Positions 25,882 to 36,470 of a stretch of DNA of 64,000 nt are shown piece by piece. How positions within the stretch are numbered: the first letter of the stretch is position 1; every line of letters starts with the position of its first letter. Position numbers and translations under genes: made by a program. This DNA comes from Haliotis rubra (taxonomy: Eukaryota). The notes under the pieces are model-generated. The model was not told the origin of the DNA, ran no database searches, and worked only from the letters and a program-made list of their open reading frames with translations. The stretch lies in contig NW_025767333.1 of assembly GCF_003918875.1 (NCBI RefSeq), positions 1 to 64,000 of the forward strand, read 5' to 3'.

Positions 25882-25905
25882 GAAATTACCTCACGAGATA
25901 GAAAC

Positions 25906-26991
25906 ATGTCATCGTCTCACCGGCAAGCCTTAGAGGGCTATTACTTTAACCCTAAGTCCCCAGGTGCGTATTACGGTGCCTCCAAATTTCTACAAAGTTT
26001 GAAAAGACTAGGGAAAAAGGTTACCGCATCCAAGGTAAAAACCGAGTTGAGTAAGCACGATGCTTACACGCTTCATAAGCCGGTGAAACACAAATTTCAA
26101 CGCCTCAGAGTACTTGTTAACAGAATAGATCAACAGTGGGATGTCGATCTGATGGACATGAGTCGCTATGCTAAAGCCAACGATGGTATACGTTATGTGT
26201 TGATAGCTATTGACATATTGTCACGCTATCTGTGGGTAGCCCCTTTAAGAAACAAGAAGCCCGAGTCAATCGTGCAGGCATTCAAAGACATTCTGTCACA
26301 CGGTCGCAAGCCGCAAACCATCAGAGTGGATAAAGGTACAGAATTCAAAGGCGTTTTCAAGGATTTTATAGAAAGTCAGTCCATCAAACTGTTCGTCACT
26401 CAGAACGAAGACATTAAAGCGAATTATGCGGAGAGGGTCATTCGAACGTTGAGGTCGCTCATAGCGAGGTATTTAACACACAAGAACACACAGCGCTATA
26501 TCGGTCTGTTAGCCGATTTAGTATATAATTACAATCACACCGTACACAGAAGTTTAGGCGAGTGGTCCCCTGCAGAAGTGAACCAACAAAACGAAGTCAA
26601 AGAATGGGGACATTTATACATGAATCCATCCACATTCATCACACACAAGTCCCGTTCATTTAAGTATAAAATAGGGGATATCGTGAGAATCAGTTATTTG
26701 AGAAAGCCGTTTGCTAAGGAACACAACTTGCGATGGACGGAAGAGTTATTTAAAGTAGCAACGTGTCATCGCCGACAAACCATCCCATTATACACACTGA
26801 AAGATTTTCACGAGCTCTTAAAGGGGCGCTTTTACGAAGAAGAATTACAGCGTGCCGATAAAGATCTAGATGCCGCATGGGATATTGAAAAAGTGTTAAA
26901 GAAAAAGAAAGACAAAGGGAAAGTGTACTATTTGGTCAGGTGGGCAGGCTGGCCATCGAATTCGATTCCTGGGCAGAAACAAGCTAAGTGA
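25906..26991 (+). CDS. Polinton retroviral-like (rve) integrase with C-terminal chromodomain
   Basis: DDE triad in WDVDLMDM, IRVDKGTEF and NYAERVIRTLR, plus YNHTVHRS. Chromo-like IEKVLKKK...YYLVRWAGWPS; a 1-nt shift near 26960 restores FDSW. Confidence 0.95.
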   Translation: MSSSHRQALEGYYFNPKSPGAYYGASKFLQSLKRLGKKVTASKVKTELSKHDAYTLHKPVKHKFQRLRVLVNRIDQQWDVDLMDMSRYAKANDGIRYVLIAIDILSRYLWVAPLRNKKPESIVQAFKDILSHGRKPQTIRVDKGTEFKGVFKDFIESQSIKLFVTQNEDIKANYAERVIRTLRSLIARYLTHKNTQRYIGLLADLVYNYNHTVHRSLGEWSPAEVNQQNEVKEWGHLYMNPSTFITHKSRSFKYKIGDIVRISYLRKPFAKEHNLRWTEELFKVATCHRRQTIPLYTLKDFHELLKGRFYEEELQRADKDLDAAWDIEKVLKKKKDKGKVYYLVRWAGWPSNSIPGQKQAK

Positions 26992-27003
26992 AGAATACGT
27001 AAA

Positions 27004-27429
27004 ATGGATAAATACATCAAGTTTAACAGTGCAGACTCACAGGAGTATTTCCCGGACAACACGCCTTACCGTTTCCGCGTGAAACTGTCTCAACATTTGA
27101 AACTAGAGGGCATGTGGATGGTGGCTCTGTTAGAAATGAAACTAGGCAAACTAGAGTTGAAAGATATCAATAATACCACCATTGATGTGATGTGTAACCT
27201 ATGGCGACAGTTCACACGTGGGTGAACATTATCTGCCTTTGTTGAGACGGCTCGATCTGAGAGACAAACCCAACTATTTTTTCATTATCCTTGGTACTTA
27301 CCCATCATCGTGAGAGACACCTCGGAAATCGAAGTGTATATAAAGTGTGCAGAAGGAATCCCTCATTCATTTCTGAGAGAGACCGTGAACGTATCACTCG
27401 TGTTGCGACGGTATCCCTTTCTGAGCTAA
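27004..27429 (+). pseudogene. Minor capsid protein (penton, single jelly-roll), two frameshifts
   Basis: N-terminus SQEYFPDNTPYRFRVKL...LEGMWMVALLE. Restored C-terminus YLPLLRR...WYLPII...EIEVYIKCAEG.P.SF....VSLVLRRYPF. Both halves match Polinton penton patterns. Confidence 0.8.
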
Positions 27430-27434
27430 GCACG

Positions 27435-27804
27435 ATAGACGGAAACTGTACATTCCCGACACCAAGAAGTTTGTGGACTTTTTAGTAAATCGCAAAAAAT
27501 AACCATGCGGGAAAACAGCTGATCAAAGGTCGACCCAGGTTCGCGTATCATTCCCATCGCACCCCAAGTCAAAGTACCACCTAGTCGCGACTCTAACTTG
27601 AACATAACAATGACATCACCTAATCAGAACGTGGTCCAGAGAGCCGAGGCAGCTCAGAAGCGGACCAAGGCTATAAAATGCAAAGCAGGGGACAAGATTG
27701 TCACTTTGAAGAAAGTACGTTGTGAAGGTAACAGCTCCAAACGATCCTTCATCGAGTTTAAAGATACTCCCGCTATCGACCCCAGAGACATCTTCAACCA
27801 GTAA
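27435..27804 (+). pseudogene. Basic putative virion core protein upstream of the major capsid gene
   Basis: LYIPDTKKFVDF... then TSPNQNVVQRAE...basic tract...RDIFNQ*. Position before the MCP and the terminal DIF resemble Polinton core-protein genes; the 5' part is disrupted. Confidence 0.45.
27672..27706 (+). promoter_or_regulatory. TATA box plus Inr for the major capsid gene
   Basis: TATAAAA at 27672 and TCACTT with its A at 27703 (31-nt spacing); ATG at 27807. Confidence 0.55.
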
Positions 27805-27806
27805 CC

Positions 27807-29114
27807 ATGTCTGTACTGACGGAGAAAGAGTTTACCGAAGCCCTGCCAAATAGCTTAGATTTATTCGACTTGCCACCCTATCAAACCAGCATCCTGCAAC
27901 ACTATTACGAAAACATTAGGCCACTGTCTGTCATCACCGATTCCAGTCCGGTGGAATTTCACATTCCCAACGGAGGTAAAGACTACATCAACTTGAGTCA
28001 GACTCGACTTCACGTCAAACTGAAGGTCACTCATATCGACAAAACACCCTTAGCCGATAAAGAAAAAGTAGGGCCCATCAACCTCACTCTGCAAAGCTTG
28101 TGGAGTCAGGTAAGCGTGTTTCTACAAGGTCAACAGGTCAGCTCCAGCAATGGCGGTTACCCTTACAAAGCCCTCATGGAAACCGTTCTCGACTATGGAA
28201 CAGATGCTAAGACCAGCCAACTGACTACTCAGCTGTATTACAAAGATTCAGGTGACACCGTAGACGAGTTCAACTCCGGGGACCCCTACGCCGGCGGGAA
28301 TGACAGTCTTGTCAACCGCGGAGGTTTTATCGCCGGGAGCAAGTCGCTTACCCTAACAGGACCTATCATGGAAGATGTGTTCGGTTTCCAACATCAACTG
28401 GTGAATGGTGTGGACGTGGGACTCAAACTGTTTCGTTCCAGCACATCCTTTGTCTTGATGTCAGAAGAGACCAATAAAGATTACACCGTCGAACTGCAAG
28501 ACGTGTACCTGAAAGTATGCAAACTCAGAATCAACGACGCTCTCATTGTGGCCCACAACAAACAGTTCGAAAAAGGTAATGCCATGTACCCGTACGAAAG
28601 ATCCGTGGTCAAGATGGCCTCGGTCGCCTCTTCCAGTCTGAGTTTTAACTGGGACGCCATGTTTCAAGACGAAGTTCCCAGTCGACTGATTATCGCCTTG
28701 GTGAGGTCCAATGGGGTGAACGGATCGTACATGGCTAATCCCTTCTGTTTCCAAGGAGACATCATTAAAAGCGTGGGACTGTACTTGAATGGTACCAGTG
28801 TACCACGACGCCCGTTTGAGTCGGATGACATCAAGGCTTACGCTAGCCTGTACGATTGGAATAACGAATGGCGCAAAGACAAAGGTTTGAACTTGGACAG
28901 CACAGAATTTCCCATAGGTCATGCCTTGTACGTGTTTAACCTGCAAGACATCGGAGCTGACAGATCGGAATATCTGAATCTGCTCAAGTCGGGTAATCTG
29001 AGACTAGAAGTCCAGTTTGCTCAGGCGGTCGCCCATACCTTCAACGTCATCGCCCTGGCCAAGTTTCCGGCACTTATCTAAATCGACCAAAGCCGGAACG
29101 TGTTTCTAAAGTAG
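27807..29114 (+). CDS. Major capsid protein (double jelly-roll, hexon-like); premature TAA near the C-terminus
   Basis: SLDLFDLPPYQTSI...PVEFHI...YINLSQTRLHVKLKV...LQSLWSQV...YPYKA...NPF.F...GNLRLEVQF. The ORF stops at 29081, but the frame continues IDQSRNVFLK* to 29114 (typical D..RNV ending). Confidence 0.92.
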
Positions 29115-29117
29115 TCA

Positions 29118-29618
29118 ATGTACAAACAACAGTTACAGTGTGCCATCCGTAGCGATCCCAGCCTCCGTAGTGTCATGGTGCACGTGGGTGTGTATACGAG
29201 AGATACCATAGCTAACATCGCTTCACCTTCCAGTGGAAGACCGTGGGGATGTGTGGTTAACACTGACTTAGCACGAGGCGAGGGACAACACTGGCTCGCT
29301 TTCTACTTTGACAGGAGTGGAGTCGGCGAGTTTTTTGACAGTTACGGACAGAAACCGAGTTACTATCATCGTGAATTTGAATACTTTGTAAAGAGACATT
29401 CTCGCAGTTATCAATATAACGCGACTGTTTTACAACAATCTAATTCGAGTGCTTGTGGATTCTATTGTTTATATTACTCGTTACAGAAATGTAGAAATAG
29501 TGCTACTTTACGTGATATCGTACATATGTTTAGTACAGACAAAGCACGCAATGATGCGTATGTCACTCAGTTTATCTGTGACTACTTTAAGTACTGTTTA
29601 ACATGTTCCATGACATAA
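29118..29618 (+). CDS. Adenain-like cysteine protease (virion maturation)
   Basis: VVNTD...GQHWLAF, EFFDSYG and LQQSNSSACGFYC give an intact His-Asp-Cys triad with the oxyanion Gln. Confidence 0.93.
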   Translation: MYKQQLQCAIRSDPSLRSVMVHVGVYTRDTIANIASPSSGRPWGCVVNTDLARGEGQHWLAFYFDRSGVGEFFDSYGQKPSYYHREFEYFVKRHSRSYQYNATVLQQSNSSACGFYCLYYSLQKCRNSATLRDIVHMFSTDKARNDAYVTQFICDYFKYCLTCSMT

Positions 29619-29793
29619 CACAATCCTTGTTCCTGTAGAGTGGTAGATGATCAAATAAAAAACAGAGAAAATGTCTATTGTGTTATGCCATGTATGTATG
29701 TATGGATGGATGGATGGATGGGTGAATGATTATTTAAGACTCAAGTTTCACGAGTAAGTTTCATTCTCGAGTGTGACATCGTTCGAGACAGTC

Positions 29794-30291
29794 ATGGCCA
29801 GATGTGTGCTGAGACATAACCTGTTTTACAGATAACTTCTTTCACTGAATGATTACGAAGAAACTTTGCGTGATATTCGTGGCATGAATAATGAACAAAT
29901 CAATGGTACTAAAGCCATTGTAAAGCGACTGCTCAATGCTCGCATACCAGTCACACGTGGAGAGCAACGCCGTTTCTTGCAGCCTAATCCCCACAACAAT
30001 TATTTGAGGATGTTGCGACGTATCGCTCGAGCGGAGACAACGGGTAGAAGCATTAAGCGAACCCTGTTAAACCATACTCCCTTGATTCGGTTTATATTCA
30101 AGTATAAACATGTCAGACAGGTCAGAGACGAAGCCCAAAGAGCTCTCCAAAGGCTGGCTAGGCGTCGTCAGCAACAACAGCCACTCATACGGAGTGATAG
30201 AATGCATCAGTTAAGACAGGCACTCCGTGAGCTAACACTATGTCCGAGAAATGTTTGCTCCCTATCGTCACACCTACCACCTTGTCCGTGA
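29794..30291 (+). pseudogene. Basic helical Polinton protein, paralog of 31123-31473 (in-frame stop at 29833)
   Basis: MARCVLRHNLFYR*LLSL...EQINGTKAIVKRLLNARIPVTRGEQRRFL...LRRIAR....KRTLL aligns by eye with the 31123 protein. TATTTAA at 29731 and Inr TCATTC at 29761. Confidence 0.6.
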
Positions 30292-30842
30292 TTGGGGGCA
30301 CGTGTAGTGGGAAAACCTATTGGATGAAACAGTTGTTACAGAATGCCAATACAGTGTTTGATAAGCCACCCAACCTAATCGTGTACTGTTACGGGGTGTG
30401 GCAGGATCTGTACGCCGACATGCAGCAATTGATCGCCAACATTCAGTTTCATGAATAGTTGCCCAGGGAAAGCGATTTACGTTTGTGGTCCGATCAGTCG
30501 AGCAAAAACATGATTCTCGTGTTAGACCATCTCATGATGGACATATGTACCAGCAAACTCATGTTAAATGTGTACACCACTTTATCACATCATCTAGGCA
30601 TTACCGTACTCAACCTGCTACAGTCTGTCTACCCTAAAGGTCCTTGTTCACGGACCGTGAGCGTGACTACGCATATGTTCGTATTAATGAGCAATCCCCG
30701 TTCCGCGCACGAATACAAGATTTTAGCCTCGCAACTGTTTCCAGGTCAAAGTCGTGGATCACCATACAGTGATCCGGAATACGGATGCTTACGCACCGGT
30801 ATCTTACCCGGCGAACTTTGCACCCTCTATTTTCCGAAATAA
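30240..30842 (+). pseudogene. FtsK/A32-like genome-packaging ATPase, inactivated
   Basis: Walker A GGTCSGKT; IVYCYGVWQ; in-frame TAG at 30456-30458; Walker B ILVLDHLM (DD expected); SHHLGITV..L.Q; apparent C-terminal deletions before LRTGILPGE. Confidence 0.9.
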
Positions 30843-30889
30843 AACCGATAAACACTCTTTGGTCGAGTCAGTCTTACAGCAGCCGCGCT

Positions 30890-31126
30890 ATGAGCAAGGT
30901 CTACTTTTGGACGATCGTGTGTAACCCACCACCATCTACCTTATCCGTAAGAGCTACCCCGCAGCAGGCTGAAGAGATCACCTTAAAGGAGAGCCCCACG
31001 TTCTTTTCATCGAAAGAGGCATGCATAAACTCACTTCGACAAGCTTGGTGCACCGGGGTAGACCTAGTTAATTCATACGGGGAACCTACGTGCTACATTT
31101 ACAAAAAGAATCGGTACACACCATGA
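30890..31126 (+). CDS. Small Polinton hypothetical protein
   Basis: MSKVYFWTIVCNPPP...ESPTFFSSKEACINSL...; the stop overlaps the next ATG (ATGA), as in compact viral genomes. Confidence 0.55.
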   Translation: MSKVYFWTIVCNPPPSTLSVRATPQQAEEITLKESPTFFSSKEACINSLRQAWCTGVDLVNSYGEPTCYIYKKNRYTP

Positions 31127-31473
31127 GTGAGTGTATTCGAGACAATGTGGATTTTCTCCACGTACTGAGACAATCTAAGCCTGTACAGCGTAAAACGTTA
31201 CTGTCTCATCTGACCAAACCCCAGTTTAAGACGATCATCACGTTGTTACATAACATCATCATCGGTTACATTCCCATGACGAATCAAGAGAAAAAGACCT
31301 TGTACCAGTACAGGAAGATTATTCGGCTACTGAACAGCAAACAAGGAGGATATCGAGCTAAAAGGGAGTTGTTGGTTTCTTTTCACTTTATATTACCACC
31401 TTGTGTACGAGCATTGGATCGATATTTCTATCAGTCGGACCATAATGAAACCCATGATTCTGTTATCTCGTGA
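31123..31473 (+). CDS. Conserved basic helical Polinton protein
   Basis: MSECIRDNVDFLHVL...QRKTLL...HNIIIGYIPMT...KKTL.QYRKIIRLL...KRELL resembles a recurrent Polinton ORF with an N.L.G.IPL.....K.L......R.L pattern. Confidence 0.7.
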   Translation: MSECIRDNVDFLHVLRQSKPVQRKTLLSHLTKPQFKTIITLLHNIIIGYIPMTNQEKKTLYQYRKIIRLLNSKQGGYRAKRELLVSFHFILPPCVRALDRYFYQSDHNETHDSVIS

Positions 31474-32053
31474 GACCTACCAACGTCTGGTTCAAGCTGC
31501 TCCGAAGATGGAAAGCGGCTCCCATCCGATCCTGAAACCCCCACCAGCTCCTATCCCCCAGCAGGAGCAGACTCCAGTAGTCAACACTACAGCTGAGGAA
31601 TCAGACATGGAGCGTGACACGTCCATCCACAATATCATAGCCTCACTACACAACCAGCTAACAGGAGGAGGAAATGCAACAGCAAGCCACCCCCTAGACG
31701 ATGTCCTAACACCACGCTATGTGTCGCTATGGCAGTATCTCAACCAGCAGAAAGAGCTCGGTCGCATTAACTGGAATGCTAAACTCGAATGGTTGGATGA
31801 ACATGGAGACCCTATAAAACATTCTAATGTGATTGACTGCATTCGACAGTTTGTGCTAAAGAGTGGTGATAGAAAAGATGTTGGATATCAAGCCTTTACC
31901 CGTCAACTGACACAACTAACCAACTCGCAAGCTTTTTACACTCAGGTGGGAAAAGGCAAGAGAAAACGAACTCAGCCCATGTACGTGCGTGGCAAAGTGA
32001 AGCACGGTGTTCCCGGTGCGAAGAAGTTCAAACCATTGGAAACTGCTTATTAA
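31445..32053 (+). CDS. Conserved Polinton hypothetical protein
   Basis: MKPMILLSRETYQRL... and INWNAKLEW..HGDPIKHSNVIDCI...VGYQAF..QL resemble the recurrent Polinton WN...E...G..I..SN..D motif; AATAAA at ~32194. Confidence 0.7.
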   Translation: MKPMILLSRETYQRLVQAAPKMESGSHPILKPPPAPIPQQEQTPVVNTTAEESDMERDTSIHNIIASLHNQLTGGGNATASHPLDDVLTPRYVSLWQYLNQQKELGRINWNAKLEWLDEHGDPIKHSNVIDCIRQFVLKSGDRKDVGYQAFTRQLTQLTNSQAFYTQVGKGKRKRTQPMYVRGKVKHGVPGAKKFKPLETAY

Positions 32054-32832
32054 AATAGTATTGAATCTCTCATGTGATTACAAGTTGTTAGTTTCAAACG
32101 TGAATGGATATAAAGTTTGTCTCATGTTGCCACTGGAATGTATTAAAATGACTATATTGTCTGAATATGTATCATCATAACAAGCTGTTAAAGTAATAAA
32201 CACTGAATAGATAGAATGGTAGTTTGTGTGAATGCTCTGCTGTATGCAGAGTCGCAGTACGCTGAGGTCGCTCTTAAAGGGTTTGTCCCCCATGGCGCCT
32301 ACAATAAGCATCCTGCCTACACCCCAATTCACTAACAATAAACATAATAGCACAAAGCATCGCTCTCGAGTCTTGGTACAGAATGGCTCCCATGAAACTT
32401 AGTCATAGCCTCGTTTCACCTACACCAAAGGGAACTAGTCTTATTTTCTCACAGTGTACTCTATACTGGAATCATAGACGGTATATTCCGTTCCAGTGGA
32501 TATGGCTTGAATGTAAATTGCTGTATTATTATTTTTTCATACACGACTTCTAGAAAGTAGACATACATATCATAAGACAAAACAACAAACACTTTCCAGA
32601 ATAACATAGATTTATTCACGTATATACATTTGACAAACATTAATTTGATTTATAATAATATTATAGGAAAATGGTTTGAGAAACCAAAATATCACAGCTG
32701 GTAAAGAGAATACTTTTGATAGAAATACTTGATATGTTTAACACAATATGCTTCTAATAATAAATAAATAAATAAATAACTACAATATGTACACTACTGG
32801 AGTTAAGGGAATGCAAGAGGGATGACCTTTTC

Positions 32833-35800
32833 TTAATTTTCAGCTAAATTTTCTAAAAGTTGGGCCAAAAAGGTGTCGGTGTCATCCAACCTACCATCGC
32901 GGGCAGGCCAGGGACAAAGCTCGAGGTCGAGAGGTGCCGTGTGAATGCCGTCGTTCAACACTCGACGTTTACAGTAGAGATAACTCAACCCCTGACGTTT
33001 CTGATGATAGGAACACATGATATTCCCCTTGAGTCGGAAACCTCTGTTCAACCCCTCGCCGGGTACTCGGGTATGTAAAACATCTCTAAACACTCTTAGT
33101 GGTGTTTTCAATGTTCGTTTTGAGATGCCTTTACAGCAGAATTTTACCCGGCGTTCGAAATGACCGACGATAGGGGTGGTTGAACGGAGGCATCGGGCCT
33201 TGTTATTGACGGGCTTGATGCGACCGAGCCGGTGGTGAGCTCGGCGTAGTAAACGTTGTGCCGTACGTACGCCCGAGCTCGGCGCTGGCTTTGGAGTTTG
33301 CTGAAGACTGGACTGTGACACCAAGTACGTTTTACTACACAGTCCGATCATCTCGTCTCCTTCGTACTCGAGTTTGAATAAACCCGGAGTACGTCTCGTG
33401 AAGGGTGTGGACAGAACAGCAACTGTGTGGAAACCAACGCGTGAGGTAGCTATCGTCCGGGTTATTGTCACCGAAGACCCTCTTCAACTGGTCCTGGTAC
33501 GCCAACTGTTTGCCGGGTTTAATGACATCGGACAGACATTTCGCGCTCAAAGCCATGTAAGCGTTGACCGTGTCCATCTCCATGTATTCAAAATCACTAC
33601 GATCCACGTACACGTCCATGCAATCGTAGTAAAATTGAAGCATGCGCAGTTAAGCGTACTGCAGGATAAAATACCCCAGCTGCACGTGCGTATCGAGGTG
33701 TAAGACTTTCTTGGCTTTCTCTACCTCGAAATAACGGAGTTGCCCGTAAGTTTAGCCGACTGGGTGCTGAGGGATCTCGGTTGGCTTCTCGTCGGGCTGA
33801 GCACACGTCCCGAACAAACTGCTAAAAACACGCGTTCGGGGTGTACTCAACGACTTGGTACATGCGATCGACCACCATGCCGTGCTGTAAATACCATTGC
33901 AACAGAGGGGTGGCGATCAGGATTTTCCCCGCCTTTAACCCGCCAATGAGCATACGGCACGGTTTTGTAGTCAAGTCGTTCTCCCTGATGTACTCCTGCA
34001 TGTGTTCCCCGAGAACCTCGAAAGGAACTTCTGCATTGCAGAACAGGGGAGTCATCTCTTGAAAGTACTCCCACGGGGAGAGACGAGTGCCGTGAGGGTT
34101 CTGTCCGGGCATCCAGTGATCGGGGACGCGAATGTCCACTTCCACCATACCGAACAGTTCCCCTTTTTCCACAGCGTTCAACATGTCCCGTTCCGAGACC
34201 TGCTTCCATCCTTTCTTTTGAGAAAAAGGTGGTTGTCGACCTCGGATTTCACACCATCGTCGAGGAAGGACTTCTGTTTGAGACTGGAATACCATGCCTC
34301 GCCCAGAGGGGGAAGCCGAGTCTCGTTTAGCTTTTCCGGAGTGTTGAGATACTCATACGGGAAAAATCCCTTTTTCTCTTGCACTCCGAATGCTTTCAGA
34401 AACTGAGCATAACTCGTTCCGGAAGAAAGATATTGCCTGACGTCAAGAAATTTGAAACTTTGATTACTTTGACACAAGTAAGCATTGTTTTTCTTCACGG
34501 TGAAAGCCTGAGATTCCTTGTCGTCTCGAGAGAGATGTTTGGGTAGTTTCTCCTTAATGGTATTCAGGTCGTAACAAGCTGAATTAAATCTGAAGATGGG
34601 GACTTGAGAACAGTACCCCAGAAGCTTCCCGCAGAGATCGCTCACATGCTTTCCCCACTTAGCCTCGGGTGTAGAGTGTGCGCGAGTAGGTTTGCCATGG
34701 GCGGGGTGGTTGTCACCCTCCCTGACGTTGACATCATCATTATCATCATCATAATCGTCAACAGTCGTCTGGTCCTCCACAGGCAACGACTTTATCCACT
34801 CGCGCAAGCTTTCTAACACCTCTTTATATTTTTCTTTGGCTAGCTTGTTAACGGCTTTGCCTATTTCCGTCATGTATGCCAACATGGCAGCAATCAATCG
34901 ATCCGGATCGGAATCGACGATGCAGTGTGGTGAAGTAAACCCTTCCACATTGGAACACACGCTGACTGAGATGGGGTGGTGTTCTTGTGTCCATCTCAGT
35001 TTCTGGGTTTCGGTATTAATCGGTTTAAAAAAACACTCAAAATCGAATACCATGAACCACGGAAAATATCTGTCTCTAGGCTCGACGACAAGTCGAACTC
35101 TTCCAGCTCATCAGACACGGTCTTTGGAGTGTGGTGGAAACCACCCGGGAACCGCAAAGTCATGCATTTAAATGCATGTGTTCCTGATACAACCCTCGAG
35201 ATTTATACACGGGTTGAGCTATCCCTGTTACGTCAAGAGTGAACACGCTCACATTCACACGGAAACAGGCTTCAAAGTGAGGTAAGAGAGCTGGGTCGAG
35301 ACCTTTATACTCTTCGGGACCAATCTTATAGAAAGACTGGAGATGATGGTCCCGACAGTACACGACCCACTGATAGTAAAGAGCTTTGGTAGGCTTTTCT
35401 AAAGCACCCCGACTTGTAGGATCTCGATGCAATGCCAAACACCGGAAAGCGCATAAGTGATCTTTATAAAGTTGTATAGTCTTCTTGTTATAATCTAAAG
35501 AAAGGATAGCTTTATGATTTTTAATATATTCGGGGAGAGGGGCTGGAGAGTGGCCGAGCGGAAAATTTGTTCTGTAAATAAAGAAATTCACATTGGTAAT
35601 CAAAACAGGTTTCCATTTGGTATCGGGGCGTTGTTTGAGGAGTAAAGACATGACATCTAAGCTTTCCAGTCTCTGGCGTAACCCGTTCGAGATCCTCCAA
35701 CTCGGTGATCTAGAGAGGACTAGTAAAGAGAGGATCGACAGTGTAAGGATGGAAATAGCGATAGCGTCCCGTCTCCACGTGCCGTAGGATGACACCGAAC

Positions 35801-36216
35801 GCTAAATTCATCCTAAAACTATGATTTAACGATTGATAGATATCCCTAGCGCGTTCCATCAACTCACCTGTGGAAAAGTTGTTGTTAAGGGGGAGGTTGT
35901 AGATTGAAAACACTTCGCCGGGTTGCCCCCGTGCGAGGATAAACGGAGCGTCCAGGTCATAGGCTTCCTGGAGTCCGGGGCTCCGTCACCTCTCCAGTGC
36001 TGTCGTCTACCCACGGGGCGGGACCTTCTCCCCATGGGCGTGGTTGGAGCTCACTAACAGCAGCATCGGTATCCATACTCCCGCCGGACTGCGATGGTAG
36101 GATACGGTGTCCCTCTATCATCTGATGACGGTAGAGAGACAACCGATCCTCGAAACGCCTATGACACGTCCGGCAAGTACAACCATCCGATGCTGCGATG
36201 CGGGAAGACGAGGGAG
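32833..36216 (-). pseudogene. Protein-primed family B DNA polymerase (pPolB), main exon; frameshifts, stops and internal deletions
   Basis: N-region LPEYIKNHKAI...DHLCAFRCLA; ExoI VFDFE; ExoII FNSACYDL; KGFFPYEY; LFGMVEVDI; truncated motif B KLTGNS; motif C degraded to EMDTVN; C-terminal RTPGLFKLE...LCSKTY...CKGI...KRRVLNDGIHT. ExoIII and motif A appear deleted near 34250. Confidence 0.93.
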
Positions 36217-36470
36217 CTGGTGACAGAGAAAAAATTCAATGTATGAATACTAAGTCTCATATAACAGCATCATTCACTCACTACGAGCTCTTATGCTTCA
36301 AATAAAACTCATGACTAACACATGGTATAATACTTCCAAAGCGAATACATATAAACACATTCTGTGATACTTCCAAAGCGAATACATATTAACACTATGA
36401 CGAACTGAATTAATACATAATTCAGGGCTACCTAAAACCCTTAGCATATAAAATACTATTCAACATCTAC

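Noticed and set aside
28461-28946. 161-aa antisense ORF, and other antisense ORFs over ankyrin, pPolB and GH27 exons
   Set aside because: Shadow ORFs of real coding sequence on the opposite strand.
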